A stretch of 64,000 bases of DNA, taken from the human T2T-CHM13v2.0 reference genome, Homo sapiens. A program made the translations under genes and the position numbers. The notes below the pieces were generated by a model. That model was not told the origin of the DNA, ran no database searches, and worked only from the letters and a program-made list of their open reading frames with translations. This document shows, one piece after another, positions 1 through 13,207 of the stretch; position 1 is the first letter of the stretch; every line of letters starts with the position of its first letter. Location of the stretch: assembly GCF_009914755.1 (NCBI RefSeq), contig NC_060936.1. One strand, given 5' to 3'.

Positions 1-3276
<3,276 letters not shown>

Positions 3277-3411
3277 TCAGTCTGGACTCTCCATCTCCCC
3301 GCACTACTCCGCTCCCCCTTTTTAGCCCGCTCTCAAAAAGCCTCTTCAACATCAAGGGCATCTCCCAAGTTGAAAAGAAAAAAAATTTCTCTGGAGCCTC
3401 TCAGCACTTAC

Positions 3412-3700
3412 TTATTTAGCAACCGGCTACTCCAACTGTGCTTTCTCCAAACCACACAGCCAGAAAGAGCAAAAAGGGAAAAAAGAAACAAATCAGAGGC
3501 GCTTCCTCTGAAATAATAGCGAAAATAAAATGGTTTTATATATGCATCAATGATAAGTAGTGTGTTTACACGTCTCCCATAGCAATGTCTAATTAATCTG
3601 GCCAGCAGTTCTCCTGGGTTCGTGGAACAGGGCTAACCGCCTCCTAAAAGAAGAAAGTTTCCCCCTCTGAAGTCAGCTTCTTTGCGAACCGGGCCCTTTC
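3412..3700 (-). other. PTHLH: PTHLH P3-initiated non-coding first exon (5' end approximate)
   Basis: Donor GCTAAATAA|GTAAGT at 3412/3411. Matches the recalled cDNA junction ...GTTGCTAAATAA-GTCCCGAG.... TATA element ~30 nt upstream. Confidence 0.88.
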
Positions 3701-3728
3701 GTTCCAGAGCCACTTGTAGCGAAACCCA

Positions 3729-3786
3729 CATATATATACATAGCTGTCTGTCTACCTCCTCTGGTGGGCTGGTTGCTTCCGGAAAG
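3729..3786 (-). promoter_or_regulatory. PTHLH: PTHLH P3 core promoter: ETS palindrome TTCCGGAA (3777-3784), Sp1-type CCCACC, Smad element AGACAGAC (3746-3753), TATA (3731-3738)
   Basis: Minus strand reads CTTTCCGGAAGCAACCAGCCCACCAGAGGAGGTAGACAGACAGCTATGTATATATATG. This matches the established Ets1/Sp1/Smad3 module of PTHrP P3. Confidence 0.88.
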
Positions 3787-3998
3787 TTGATTCCACACAC
3801 CCTGAGAACAAGTTTCAAGTGCGTGTGTCGTCGATCAGGAGGGCCAGGTGGCGGCGAGGGCGGGTCGTTAGTGGCAGCCGGAGCGGCAGGGAGGCGGCAG
3901 CCCCGCTTCACGGGCGGGGAGACATGCTGGCCGGGCGGCGCAGGTTGGAGGCGAGTTGAAAACCGAGCGGAGGAATGTTCACACGCTCCGAGGCAAAC
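3756..3998 (-). other. PTHLH: PTHLH non-coding exon 3 (243 nt), used by P1 and P2 transcripts
   Basis: Acceptor CACTTCTCCGGCAG|GTTTGCC and donor GAGGAG|GTAGAC. Matches the recalled cDNA junctions TTCAAAG-GTTTGCC and AGAGGAG-GTCCCGA. Confidence 0.88.
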
Positions 3999-5522
3999 CT
4001 GCCGGAGAAGTGAGCTAGTCGCAAAGAGGTGGCGCCCTAGGAACGCGCGCGGGGCGAGCGAGGGCGCAGGCGGGCTGGCGGGCGGGCGCGCGGGGGGCGG
4101 GGGCGGCGACGGGCGGCCCGAACGGGCCCCGCGCCGCCCGAGCGAGTGGAGGGGAGCCCCGAGCCGGGAATGAGCGGCGAGCGGCGGAGCTCCCCCCTCC
4201 CGCGCTGCCGACCCCGGAGCTGTCAGGAGCTCTGCCGAGCCCCACCCCGGAGCCCGGGCCCTGTCGCGCCATCCCCGTGCCGGGGGCGTGGGCGCATCCG
4301 CTTGCTCCCTCCAGGCCCGGCCGGCTCCTGCCGGCGCGGCGGATCCGGGAGCCGAGATCCCCGAGGGCGTGCGGACTGCCCCGGGCAGCCGGCGGTCCCC
4401 GGCGCGCCGAGCTGGACGAGCGGGCGCCAAGACCACCAGGGGCGGACCGACGAGGAGGAGGCCAAGGAGCTGGGCCGGGGACCGCGGGCAACCGGGAGCC
4501 TGCGCGGAGAGGACGCGGGCTGTTGGCCTGTGAATTTAAGGAGCCCGAAGCTCGCCTGGCAGCTCGGGGCGATGCATGAGAACCTTCCTCCCTGGCCCAT
4601 TCCCGGGATGAACTGAGTGGGGAGCATGGGCTAGAGAGAGGGAGATCTTTTGCTTAGAAGAACAAAAACAGTTCCAGATTTCATATCTAAATTGCACTTT
4701 TTGCTGTTTCAGAACTGCTGGGAGACATCTGGAGCCGGTCCCAAAAAACCCGCGCACAGGAGAGATCCCCCTTTTGAATTGCAGAGGGGGACCGACACTC
4801 CTGGAGCACGCACACGGCCCTTTTCACTCATGGTCGGGAGTCTAACCCATCCTTTCTCTGATACCCTACCTGCTTGTCCCCTCCCCCTCAAAAGTCCCAG
4901 GTTACAGATTCTTGGAAGACTGTATCCGAGTCGCTGCAGCCAGCGGACAGATGCAGTGGAACTATGGTTATGTGCTGCTCTGCCTGGGAGAAGCGACGGG
5001 AAAGCCGAGGTTCTTTCCAAAGCTAATGGGCGGGGAAGAAAGACTGCTCGGAATTACTGGGTAGTATCATCTAGGAAAGGATTGCAGCGGGAGTGGATAC
5101 CCGCCCCAGGGCTCCTCTAACTTTTTGAAAAGAGCGCGAGTGGACTGGGAACCATTCAAGGGATATTTGTCTTCTAGGCAATCCTGCTGGTAGGGTTCAT
5201 TAGTTTCTAGAAGGCTAGTGTGATTTAGATTCTTGAGATGATTCAAGGAATGTGGCCTTTATCAAGCCCGACTTTCCGGGTGATGCTCCACATATTTTAC
5301 CCAGGGTGGGAGAAATAGCACGCTGTCACCGAGACCCTCGCTCATCGGGGCTCCCACTGGTTCACTGCAGCTAGCTAGCAGTTAAAGTTTACTGCTTAGG
5401 TTGGGTGGGGGGGCATATTTTCTTAGAAGCTCCTGCCTTCCTCAGTTCATTACTGTAAACCCCGTACCTTAAAAGACTCGGCTTCTTCTCACTAACAAAG
5501 AAAAAAAGCAAAACAAAACCAA

Positions 5523-5556
5523 AACACACACACGTACACACACACACTCTCTCTCT
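5523..5556. repeat. imperfect (CA)n(CT)n microsatellite
   Basis: acacacacacgtacacacacacactctctctct. Confidence 0.85.
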
Positions 5557-5657
5557 GGGAATTTCCACAACTTCCCTTGAATGTGTAAGGATTTCTAAAT
5601 GTTAGACTTGTTTGGATAGTATGAAAGGACAAAGTATCAGCACTCAGAAATGTCAAC

Positions 5658-5750
5658 CTTTGAACCTCGAACACTTTCTGATTTATAAAAAGAATCCTTC
5701 CAAAAAGATGCAGGAGCCCTAATGTAATCGTTAGATCTGAAGGGGGAAAT
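5658..5750 (-). other. PTHLH: PTHLH non-coding exon 2 (93 nt)
   Basis: Acceptor (T)26-ACAG|ATTTCC at 5751/5750 and donor TTCAAAG|GTTGAC at 5658/5657. Confidence 0.8.
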
Positions 5751-6252
5751 CTGTAAAAAAAAAAAAAAAAAAAAAAAAAAGTCAATCACAAATGAGCCAT
5801 TTAATACTTGCAAGTTGTTTAACATTGAAATGATAATATTTGCTTCCACAATAAAAAGTCCAAGGTACCTAGCCAAGTTTCAAACTATCCAGGCTTTAAA
5901 AAGTCAACCCTTCTCCCAATAGAAGGTTAAAACAAAAATCAGATTGAAATTATCAAATCACTTATGTTGTAAATAAATTCACTTTACTTTCAGAACATTA
6001 TAAATTAAGGACTGGCATCAATAGACTGCTTTGATTTATGTTGCTTTTTCTACTAATTAAACAAAATTAACCCCCCACTCCTTCCCTCCTTTCTTTTTCC
6101 CCACACACTTTTCTGGTGTTAATGGCAAAACATCTATCAAATATTTTTAGAATTTCCTCTCCTCCACAAAAAGAGAAAATATAGACACAGGAAAAATAAA
6201 TAGTCTTTATATACTCGGAATACCAAAGTTCCCTCCTAATTTATTACTTCAC

Positions 6253-6464
6253 CTTTTCCTTGATTTACAATCTTCTCTCTGCTCTTCTGGCTGAAAGAGG
6301 GAAATCTTCTCAGCAGTCTTTTCCAGAAATATTTTTTGTTGTTCTTCAGAAAACATAAAATTAAATCTTAAAATGAATTAAAAGCTTCTTGAAAGGAGAC
6401 TTCTGTTCCCACTAAAGGCAATTATTAGAAAGCAGGTACCTCTTCCAAGCTGCCCTGTTTATTA
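6253..6464 (-). other. PTHLH: PTHLH P1 first exon (5' end approximate)
   Basis: Donor GGAAAAG|GTGAAG at 6253/6252. TATATA element at ~6488-6493, about 25-30 nt upstream of the inferred start. Confidence 0.72.
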
Positions 6465-6485
6465 CTTTCCGTAGAAATTCTCCTC

Positions 6486-6495
6486 AATATATACC
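6486..6495 (-). promoter_or_regulatory. PTHLH: P1 TATA-like box (GGTATATATT)
   Basis: Plus strand aatatatacc; position fits the distal TATA promoter. Confidence 0.65.
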
Positions 6496-7824
6496 CAGGA
6501 CCCTGACTTTTTGCCTGTTTTGGAAAGGATATTTTCTGACATCATAATCTAGTTCCTAACATAACTGAGTAATCTCCATCATAATAATGCAGAGGATGCA
6601 TGACTGCAAATGAGACACAGCAAGAGCACCCCCTACCACCTCCCCCCCGCCCCCCCGTCCCCCCAGCCCACACACACACCTTTTTTCTAAGGTTTAGAAA
6701 TAGAACAAGTGCCAATAGAAGCTAAATGTTTGCTTAGGCCTTGCTGTCATGTAAATGCACCTTAGCAAATGGGAAGGCCTGCCTCTAATCTGAAGTATTT
6801 CCATGTTTAGCATTATAAGATCTACACCTACACAAATGCCTAGCCCATGAGCACCAGGCTTCCATCTTCCCATCCCCAGTGGCAGTTTATTACAGTATAT
6901 CAAATTTTAAAAGAGGTTGAAAAAATTTTAAATGCATTACTCTTAAATTCAGTTGAATACCCAGTTAATGTATATCTCCTGTCATAGCTTAGAAAAAAGT
7001 AAATAGCATTTATGCTTAGCCTCTTCATCCTTCTTTCTTCTTTACTCCTTAACCCAAACAGCAAACAGATATACATTATAAACCAAATATGAATCTATAG
7101 CACTTTAAACAGTGCACCTGGGCTTGGGAATTCTCTTATTACCAATAAGCATCCAGATTTCACATTTACCAATCTGTAGCTGCAAGCTATATCTCTAAAA
7201 TCCCCTGGAACCAAACAACTAAACTCATCCCATCTCTTCTCCAAACTTTTTTCAATGTTTACAAAGAGACGTTGCATAATCAGCTCAAGTAATGCTCTCA
7301 TTGGATTCCATTAGAATGTGGCTCTCATCGCTCGCCTGGACTGAGACTTGAGAGGAGGCTGTTGCCAGCTGACCTCAAGGTAGCAAAAAAGAAAAAAAGA
7401 TGTAATGCCTTCAAACCCCAAGTAACAATAGGAAAGGGTGTGTTTCTTTATTAAATCTTTTTGTAGTTAGGTGAGGATAAGACTTCTCCAGGAACAGGGC
7501 GGGCTGCTAACCTCTGGAGGAACTGCCTCAGGGAGGAGTGTATAGATATGCATCAAGCTGATGGGATCCTCCCATGGGAAAAGTGGGCCTCACACCCTTC
7601 CTCACCCTTCCCTACTTCCTGGGCAATGTTCTGCTTCCCCCAAACTGAAGCAGGAGGCCCAGAGAGGAGGCGGTTTCCTGGGAGGAACCCAAACCAATGT
7701 GAGATGAGAAGGTCTTTAGGAAATGGGGGTCTCTGAGGACCGGTTCTTAAAGGTCAAGCACTTGAGCACCTCGCAAACTCCTGACAATTGAAACATATCT
7801 GAAGAGTCTTCTTCAGATATGTCT

Positions 7825-7827
<3 letters not shown>

Positions 7828-7890
<63 letters not shown>
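7828..7890. repeat. compound microsatellite (TG)~16(GA)15
   Basis: Directly visible. Confidence 0.97.
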
Positions 7891-7897
<7 letters not shown>

Positions 7898-8599
7898 TGT
7901 GCAGTGTCCCAGTCCTGATCTCCTGGACTGGTGCCAGCCAGCCAGATGCCTGCCCTTGGCTGGCCAAGTTTTTGGCTCCTGAAAGTAGGCAGCTCTGGAC
8001 TTGTACGAGGCCACAGAGAGAGTTCCAAGCCCCACCTGGCTCAGGCGACAACCTCTCAACCTGAAGTCAATCTCCGGTGGCATCACAGGGCCCTCCTGGC
8101 AGCAGCCCAGTTCCCCACATGAACCGAATGGTCCTTTCTTAAATTTTGAGCCGGGGGCTGCCTAAAAGGGGCTGCCCCCGCAAGCATTTTACCTCCCTAA
8201 CACCATTCTCTGCCCGTGCCACGCTGGCCTCGAAGTCCCTTCCCAGGGCAGCACCCGGACTGAGATGTCTAAACTCTCCGGCAGGAAGGATACCTATCCA
8301 GACACCCGCACTGGATGTCCTGTCTGTTTGGCTTTGAGCTGGTCATTACGGTGTCTTTGGATCCTGCCTAACTTTTCTGTAATTTTTATCAGAAATAAGG
8401 CTTCAGGAGAGCAAACGTTGAGTTATGCGCTCCTTCTCTGGAGTCTCCTGCCCTGGTGTTTGCGCTCCCACTGCAGCAAGGGAGGCCTGAGTCTCTTAGG
8501 GCAGGGGTCCAGGGTCTTGGGAGAGGCCTTAGGGCAAGGGGGATGATCTTTTTCAGCCTCCCCTCCCCTCCTCCCACCCAGCGTCCTCATCCCCACCGC

Positions 8600-9900
8600 C
8601 TGCGATAGACTTGGGTCGCCCATTAGGAAGCTGATCCGCAGGGACGGGGCAGGCTTGGCTCCTGGGGATCTTAGGCTCCATGGGAACTTCGGGGGTCTCG
8701 GGGCCCGTGAGCGGATCTAGCTACTACTTCCCCTAGGTTCTCCTCGGGCTTCAGTCCCTAAGAGTCTGGACTCCGGACTGCCGCACAGAATCCTTCTTGC
8801 CCGGAGCGGTATTATTGAGGTCTTTGCGTTCTGCCCCGCCCTGTCCCGCCGGCTTGGGTGCTTGGTTTCTAACCCGAGTATACTCGGAGTCTCTGGTCCT
8901 GCGCGCCCCCCTCCTCCCGGGAGAGCCCCGTATCTGGCTGCGGGTAAGGGAAAACTTCGGGAACCCCGAGACCCAAGGACAGGGTCGGAGGGAGCGCGCG
9001 AACTTCCTCTGAGCAGGGCTCTTCCTCCCCTCCCCTCTCCCTCCAGGTCAATTTATGACTCAAACATGAGATAAGCCCTAGGCAGACGGTGACGCTGACT
9101 TCCCCGTGGGGGCGCGGGGAGAGAAGGATGAGGCAGACGTACCCCCTCCCTGGCCTGGCCCTGTCCGGGGCCGCGTCGGGGTGTGGAGGGGCGACTCCCT
9201 TCCTCCGGGAGCCCCGACTCGCTCTCTCCCAGCGCGCCTCCCCTGCGCCCGTAAAGCTCGGCCCTGCCGGAGCCCCGGGACCCGTCTGTTTTATTTCACT
9301 TAAAGCGATCTGCAAAGTCAAGGCCGGGTGAGGTGCGGCGCGGGAGAGGAGAGGATATGAACGGACGTGGAACGAAGTTCTGTCTGCCAACTCCCTCCGT
9401 CTGATTCTTGGAATCCGGTGGCACCTTAAAGGACGGAATTGAGGGCAAGGAGAAGATTATTAATCCCCGAAGCCCGCTCTGTCTATATATAACTGCTCAG
9501 TGGTTACAGTTGGCGATCGCAGGGTGGGGGTTGGGGGTGTAGACCGTGGGCCATGGAACACGTGGCATCTCTCCAGGGCATAAAAATCAATCTAGCTGGT
9601 GGCTCCTATGGAGTTTGTAAATTGCGCAGAGCTGGCTGGGGGAAGCCAGTGAGCTGTCCATGGTGGTTAAGGCTCGTTGATGTGCGTCCTCGGGCTGTCC
9701 TGGTGAGGCACAGACCCCCCTACCCCAGGGGCCGCAACGCCCCAGAGCCCCAGCCTGCCAGCGATCCAGCCGGTGTGCGCCCGACACGAGGCTGGACGTG
9801 TGTTTGCACAACTCCAGGACGCGCTCTTGCACAGAGGCCGAATTCCAGAGATAGACGGAAAAATCTCCCGATTCCAAATTGTGGGTTTCCTTTTAGTTCC
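8600..9900. promoter_or_regulatory. second CpG island, 2-3.5 kb upstream of P1
   Basis: High GC and CpG density, no repeat similarity recognised, TATATAA at 9486-9492. Confidence 0.8.
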
Positions 9901-12900
9901 TTCCTGAACGTGTCTTTCCCCACTCAGGCAACGTTTCACATGCTTTAAGAAACGTCCATCCATTTTAGTAGCCTCTCTCCTTTTCCTTTGCTAAGGTTCT
10001 GTTCTCTAAAGAGAGAGAAGCAAGTTGATGATCTTGTTAGGCTTCTGTTTGTTAAAAGCATCCACCAGCATTTGCACCATGTGGGATGTCCCCAACACCT
10101 GCTTTCATTGAGTGGGGAAACTGCTGCCAGGAGATTGTCCGGTATCTCAGGAAAATTGGACAGTTTCTTCTCTAGGGGTGGTGAAGCCCTTTGTAGCATA
10201 TTGTTCAGTGGGGCGACTTCATTAATCACCATTGTCCTGAGCAGTGTGTCTGATCGCCACTCCTAGCAAAGGAGAAAACAAATGCTATGGGAGTTTCCTT
10301 GTAGGTACAGTTTTGCCCAGTTCTTGTGACATATTCTTATGAAAAAACATTTACAAAGGTAAGCTTCTATACATGTTTAAGGCAATTAAATTATCTCCAC
10401 ATTTTACTTTTTTGTCTCTTAATTTATCCTGGCAATTTTCTCCTTACTTAACTTGGATAGAGATCTCATCTTCAACTGAATAACGAATTACCTCAAATAC
10501 TACAAAAGACTGCAAAATATTATAAACATTTATAACTCATTTGTATTACACACCTTTATTTATGGGAATATATTTAATAAACATCCAACACATAAGAGAA
10601 TCTTTTACTTATTTCTGTACAAGATATCAGATTGCTGCTTTTACCCTTCCTTCTAATTGTGGTGTGGCAAATTAACAAAAGGGTGTGTGTGGGCGTACTT
10701 ATAAATAACTTTTAGAATATTTGACATTCAATAGAAAATATTAGGATTCAATAATTTTTAATAGCTTTTTTCCTCTCTCAGCTTCTGGGTCTAAGTATAA
10801 ACATTGTCCGTGGGGAAAATGAAATATTTCTATAAATTCTTCTAAATGTTTTCCCAAGTCAATAAAATCGATATAATGTATTTTACTTTCCTTCTCTCTA
10901 TTTACAAAAATTAAGGAAATAAGATTTGAATGTGTACCCAGGTTTTGAAAAGCAAGAAATAAACCATCATCGTAATATTGTATTATTATTTTGAAATGTG
11001 GGAGTTTAGTTTTGTTCCGTGACTCTTTGGTAGCTGGCCTTCTGTGCATCTCTTAGACCTCCTTTCTATGAAAGAAAAGAATATATAGTAATATAAATAG
11101 ATTTCATTCTCTTATACTTTATCTGCTTGTACAACTTAGGGTGCTTTTTTGTTTTGTTTTTACCCTCTCTGTGGCTTCACATTTTCCTGTCTCCCATAGT
11201 GATACTGATTGAGAGTTTTCCCTTTAAAGTTCAATCTAATTTTCTTCAGTTTCCTTATTGTTTTTTAAAAGAAAGTTTTCTCCAACAGCTTCTTATTAGA
11301 TTTTAAAGATCTCATTATTTGATCAATTAAATTCATCACATTTGTTAGGGAGAAAGCATTCTACCAGTTGTTCTGTTGAAGATGCTAGACCTTTTCCCCC
11401 CTTGCTTTTAAAAGGAAAGCATTCAACTGGTGGAACTGATCATGAGCTAAAACCCAAACAAACAAATAAGCACCTCATGAGTCTCTTGTTTGTGTTGTGA
11501 TCACTTTCCCCATGTGCCCAACACTGCTGTGAGCCCAGAGCAGGTCCTCCAAAGAGATCTGTGGAATCAAATTGAATTGCAGTTCTCCTCACTTTTGAGA
11601 GATGAAAGTATATTTTTAATTATTTTAGACGTCTTTTCCAAAATCCATATACAAAGCTTTTTGATCTGTTGCTGGAAAACTTTGCTAGAGCATATTAAAA
11701 AAAAAAAAAGCCATGGTAGATTTGGGGGGCATCCCGGGTCCCTTTCAGCCTCAAAAACATCTCCATGTGCTGAATGCATGGTATTATAAGCTTTCCTGAA
11801 GCTATTTCTCTCCTCACTTCATTTGTGCTTCTCTTCCCAGGGACAGGTAAATAAGGGGGCGTGGGGAATGAACGTGGACTCTTGCTGCATCATGATATAT
11901 TGAGATCAATTATTATGTGGGAGTACTTTATGCTTAAAAAAATTTCAACTGACCTTAGCACAATTCTGTTGCACTTTGCTCTTTTACTTTCCATCCTGCT
12001 AAGCTGTTAATTACACAGAGAATTGCCAAGGTGCTTCTAATGGTTAAAAAAAGGAAGCCGCTTTTTGTGGAAAGGATAAAAAAAGGTTTTTGTCCTGTAA
12101 ACACAGGTCACATTCTTTGTAAAGCTGTTCTTAATAGGCAAAAAAGTACATGTCTGTAACAGTTAAATTACTCTTTAAAAGACCTATGATGGCCTTAAAT
12201 GGAGCAGGAGCTCCAGTGTGGTTGATATGGTTCCAAAAAACCCACGTCTTAAAAAAAGTTTCATTGTCGAGGTGCACCAGGGTGTACTTTCAGATCTATA
12301 ATACACAGTCTGGCCATCACAACCGCATTATTTCCCTCATCTCATTCCAACCCTGGTGTGGTAAAACCAAAGAGACACAGGATCAAGGAAAGTTTGAGGA
12401 TATGCAGGGAAAGGGCTGTGTAAGTATAGTGAGTACAGATTTTTAAGATCTTCCCCAGACTTCTAAACAGTTGAGAAGGTAGCTTGTTTGCTAAGTAGTG
12501 CAAAGTGTCTCCAGGTCTATCGCTGGAACTGCTGACATAATTAATGATTTCATTCGGAGCCTGAAAGAAGGTACTTGTATTCCCTCTGGCATGGGCAGGC
12601 CAAGTTCATGTCCAAACTCTAATACTTTGGGTTGATTTTAGCTAACAAGACTGTTGGTCCTCTTGTTGCACACCCAGAACATGAAAGCCAAATATTATAT
12701 TAGGCCTTGATACTTCCCAGCCTTGAGGAGGTTGACACATCCTAAATATATAAACAGCCACTATTATCTAAAGATGGATTATGTTTGGCTGGGAGAGTCA
12801 TTACTCCTAGGTCAAACTGAGAAAACTAAAAACCATAGAACACCCTACCTCACCAAACACATAGCAAACTACTTAAAAATCATTATTTTCCACTCAAACC

Positions 12901-13181
12901 TTACATGCAAAAATTTTCTTGTCCCATCTCATACTATGAGGTTAATGGCAATCCTTGAAAATTAATTATGTACTGAAAAGACTTCAATAATATTTCTGCT
13001 AAAAATAAACTGGAGGCAGATTAGTGCCCTGGATTCATGATTGCTTACATCTGGTTTCTATTTCTGTGAGTTTCATTTGGTTCTCAGAGAGTTCATTCAC
13101 AGTCATCACAAGTCCAGTTTCCTGTTCTCCAATGGGAGAGCTTGTCTTGATGACCCATATATTTTTTCATATGAATGCTGC

Positions 13182-13207
13182 TTTTTTTTTTTTTTTTTTT
13201 TTTTTTT
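13182..13207. repeat. poly(T)26 tract
   Basis: Directly visible. Confidence 0.95.

Noticed and set aside
3633-5120. Stack of long Pro/Arg/Gly/Ala-rich ORFs on both strands
   Set aside because: An artefact of stop-codon scarcity in the CpG island; no recognisable domain.
5301-5575. Possible extra PTHLH exons using donors AAG|GTACGG (5468) or TGG|GTAAAA (5301)
   Set aside because: Acceptors are ambiguous and I recall no supporting cDNA junction; the sequence alone cannot support them.
5681-5687. TATAAAT on the minus strand as the P1 TATA box
   Set aside because: It lies inside exon 2, which has its own strong acceptor. The element at ~6490 fits P1 better. Minor use is not excluded.
8797-9963. 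ORFs in the second CpG island
   Set aside because: Same GC artefact; mutually overlapping with no homology recognised.
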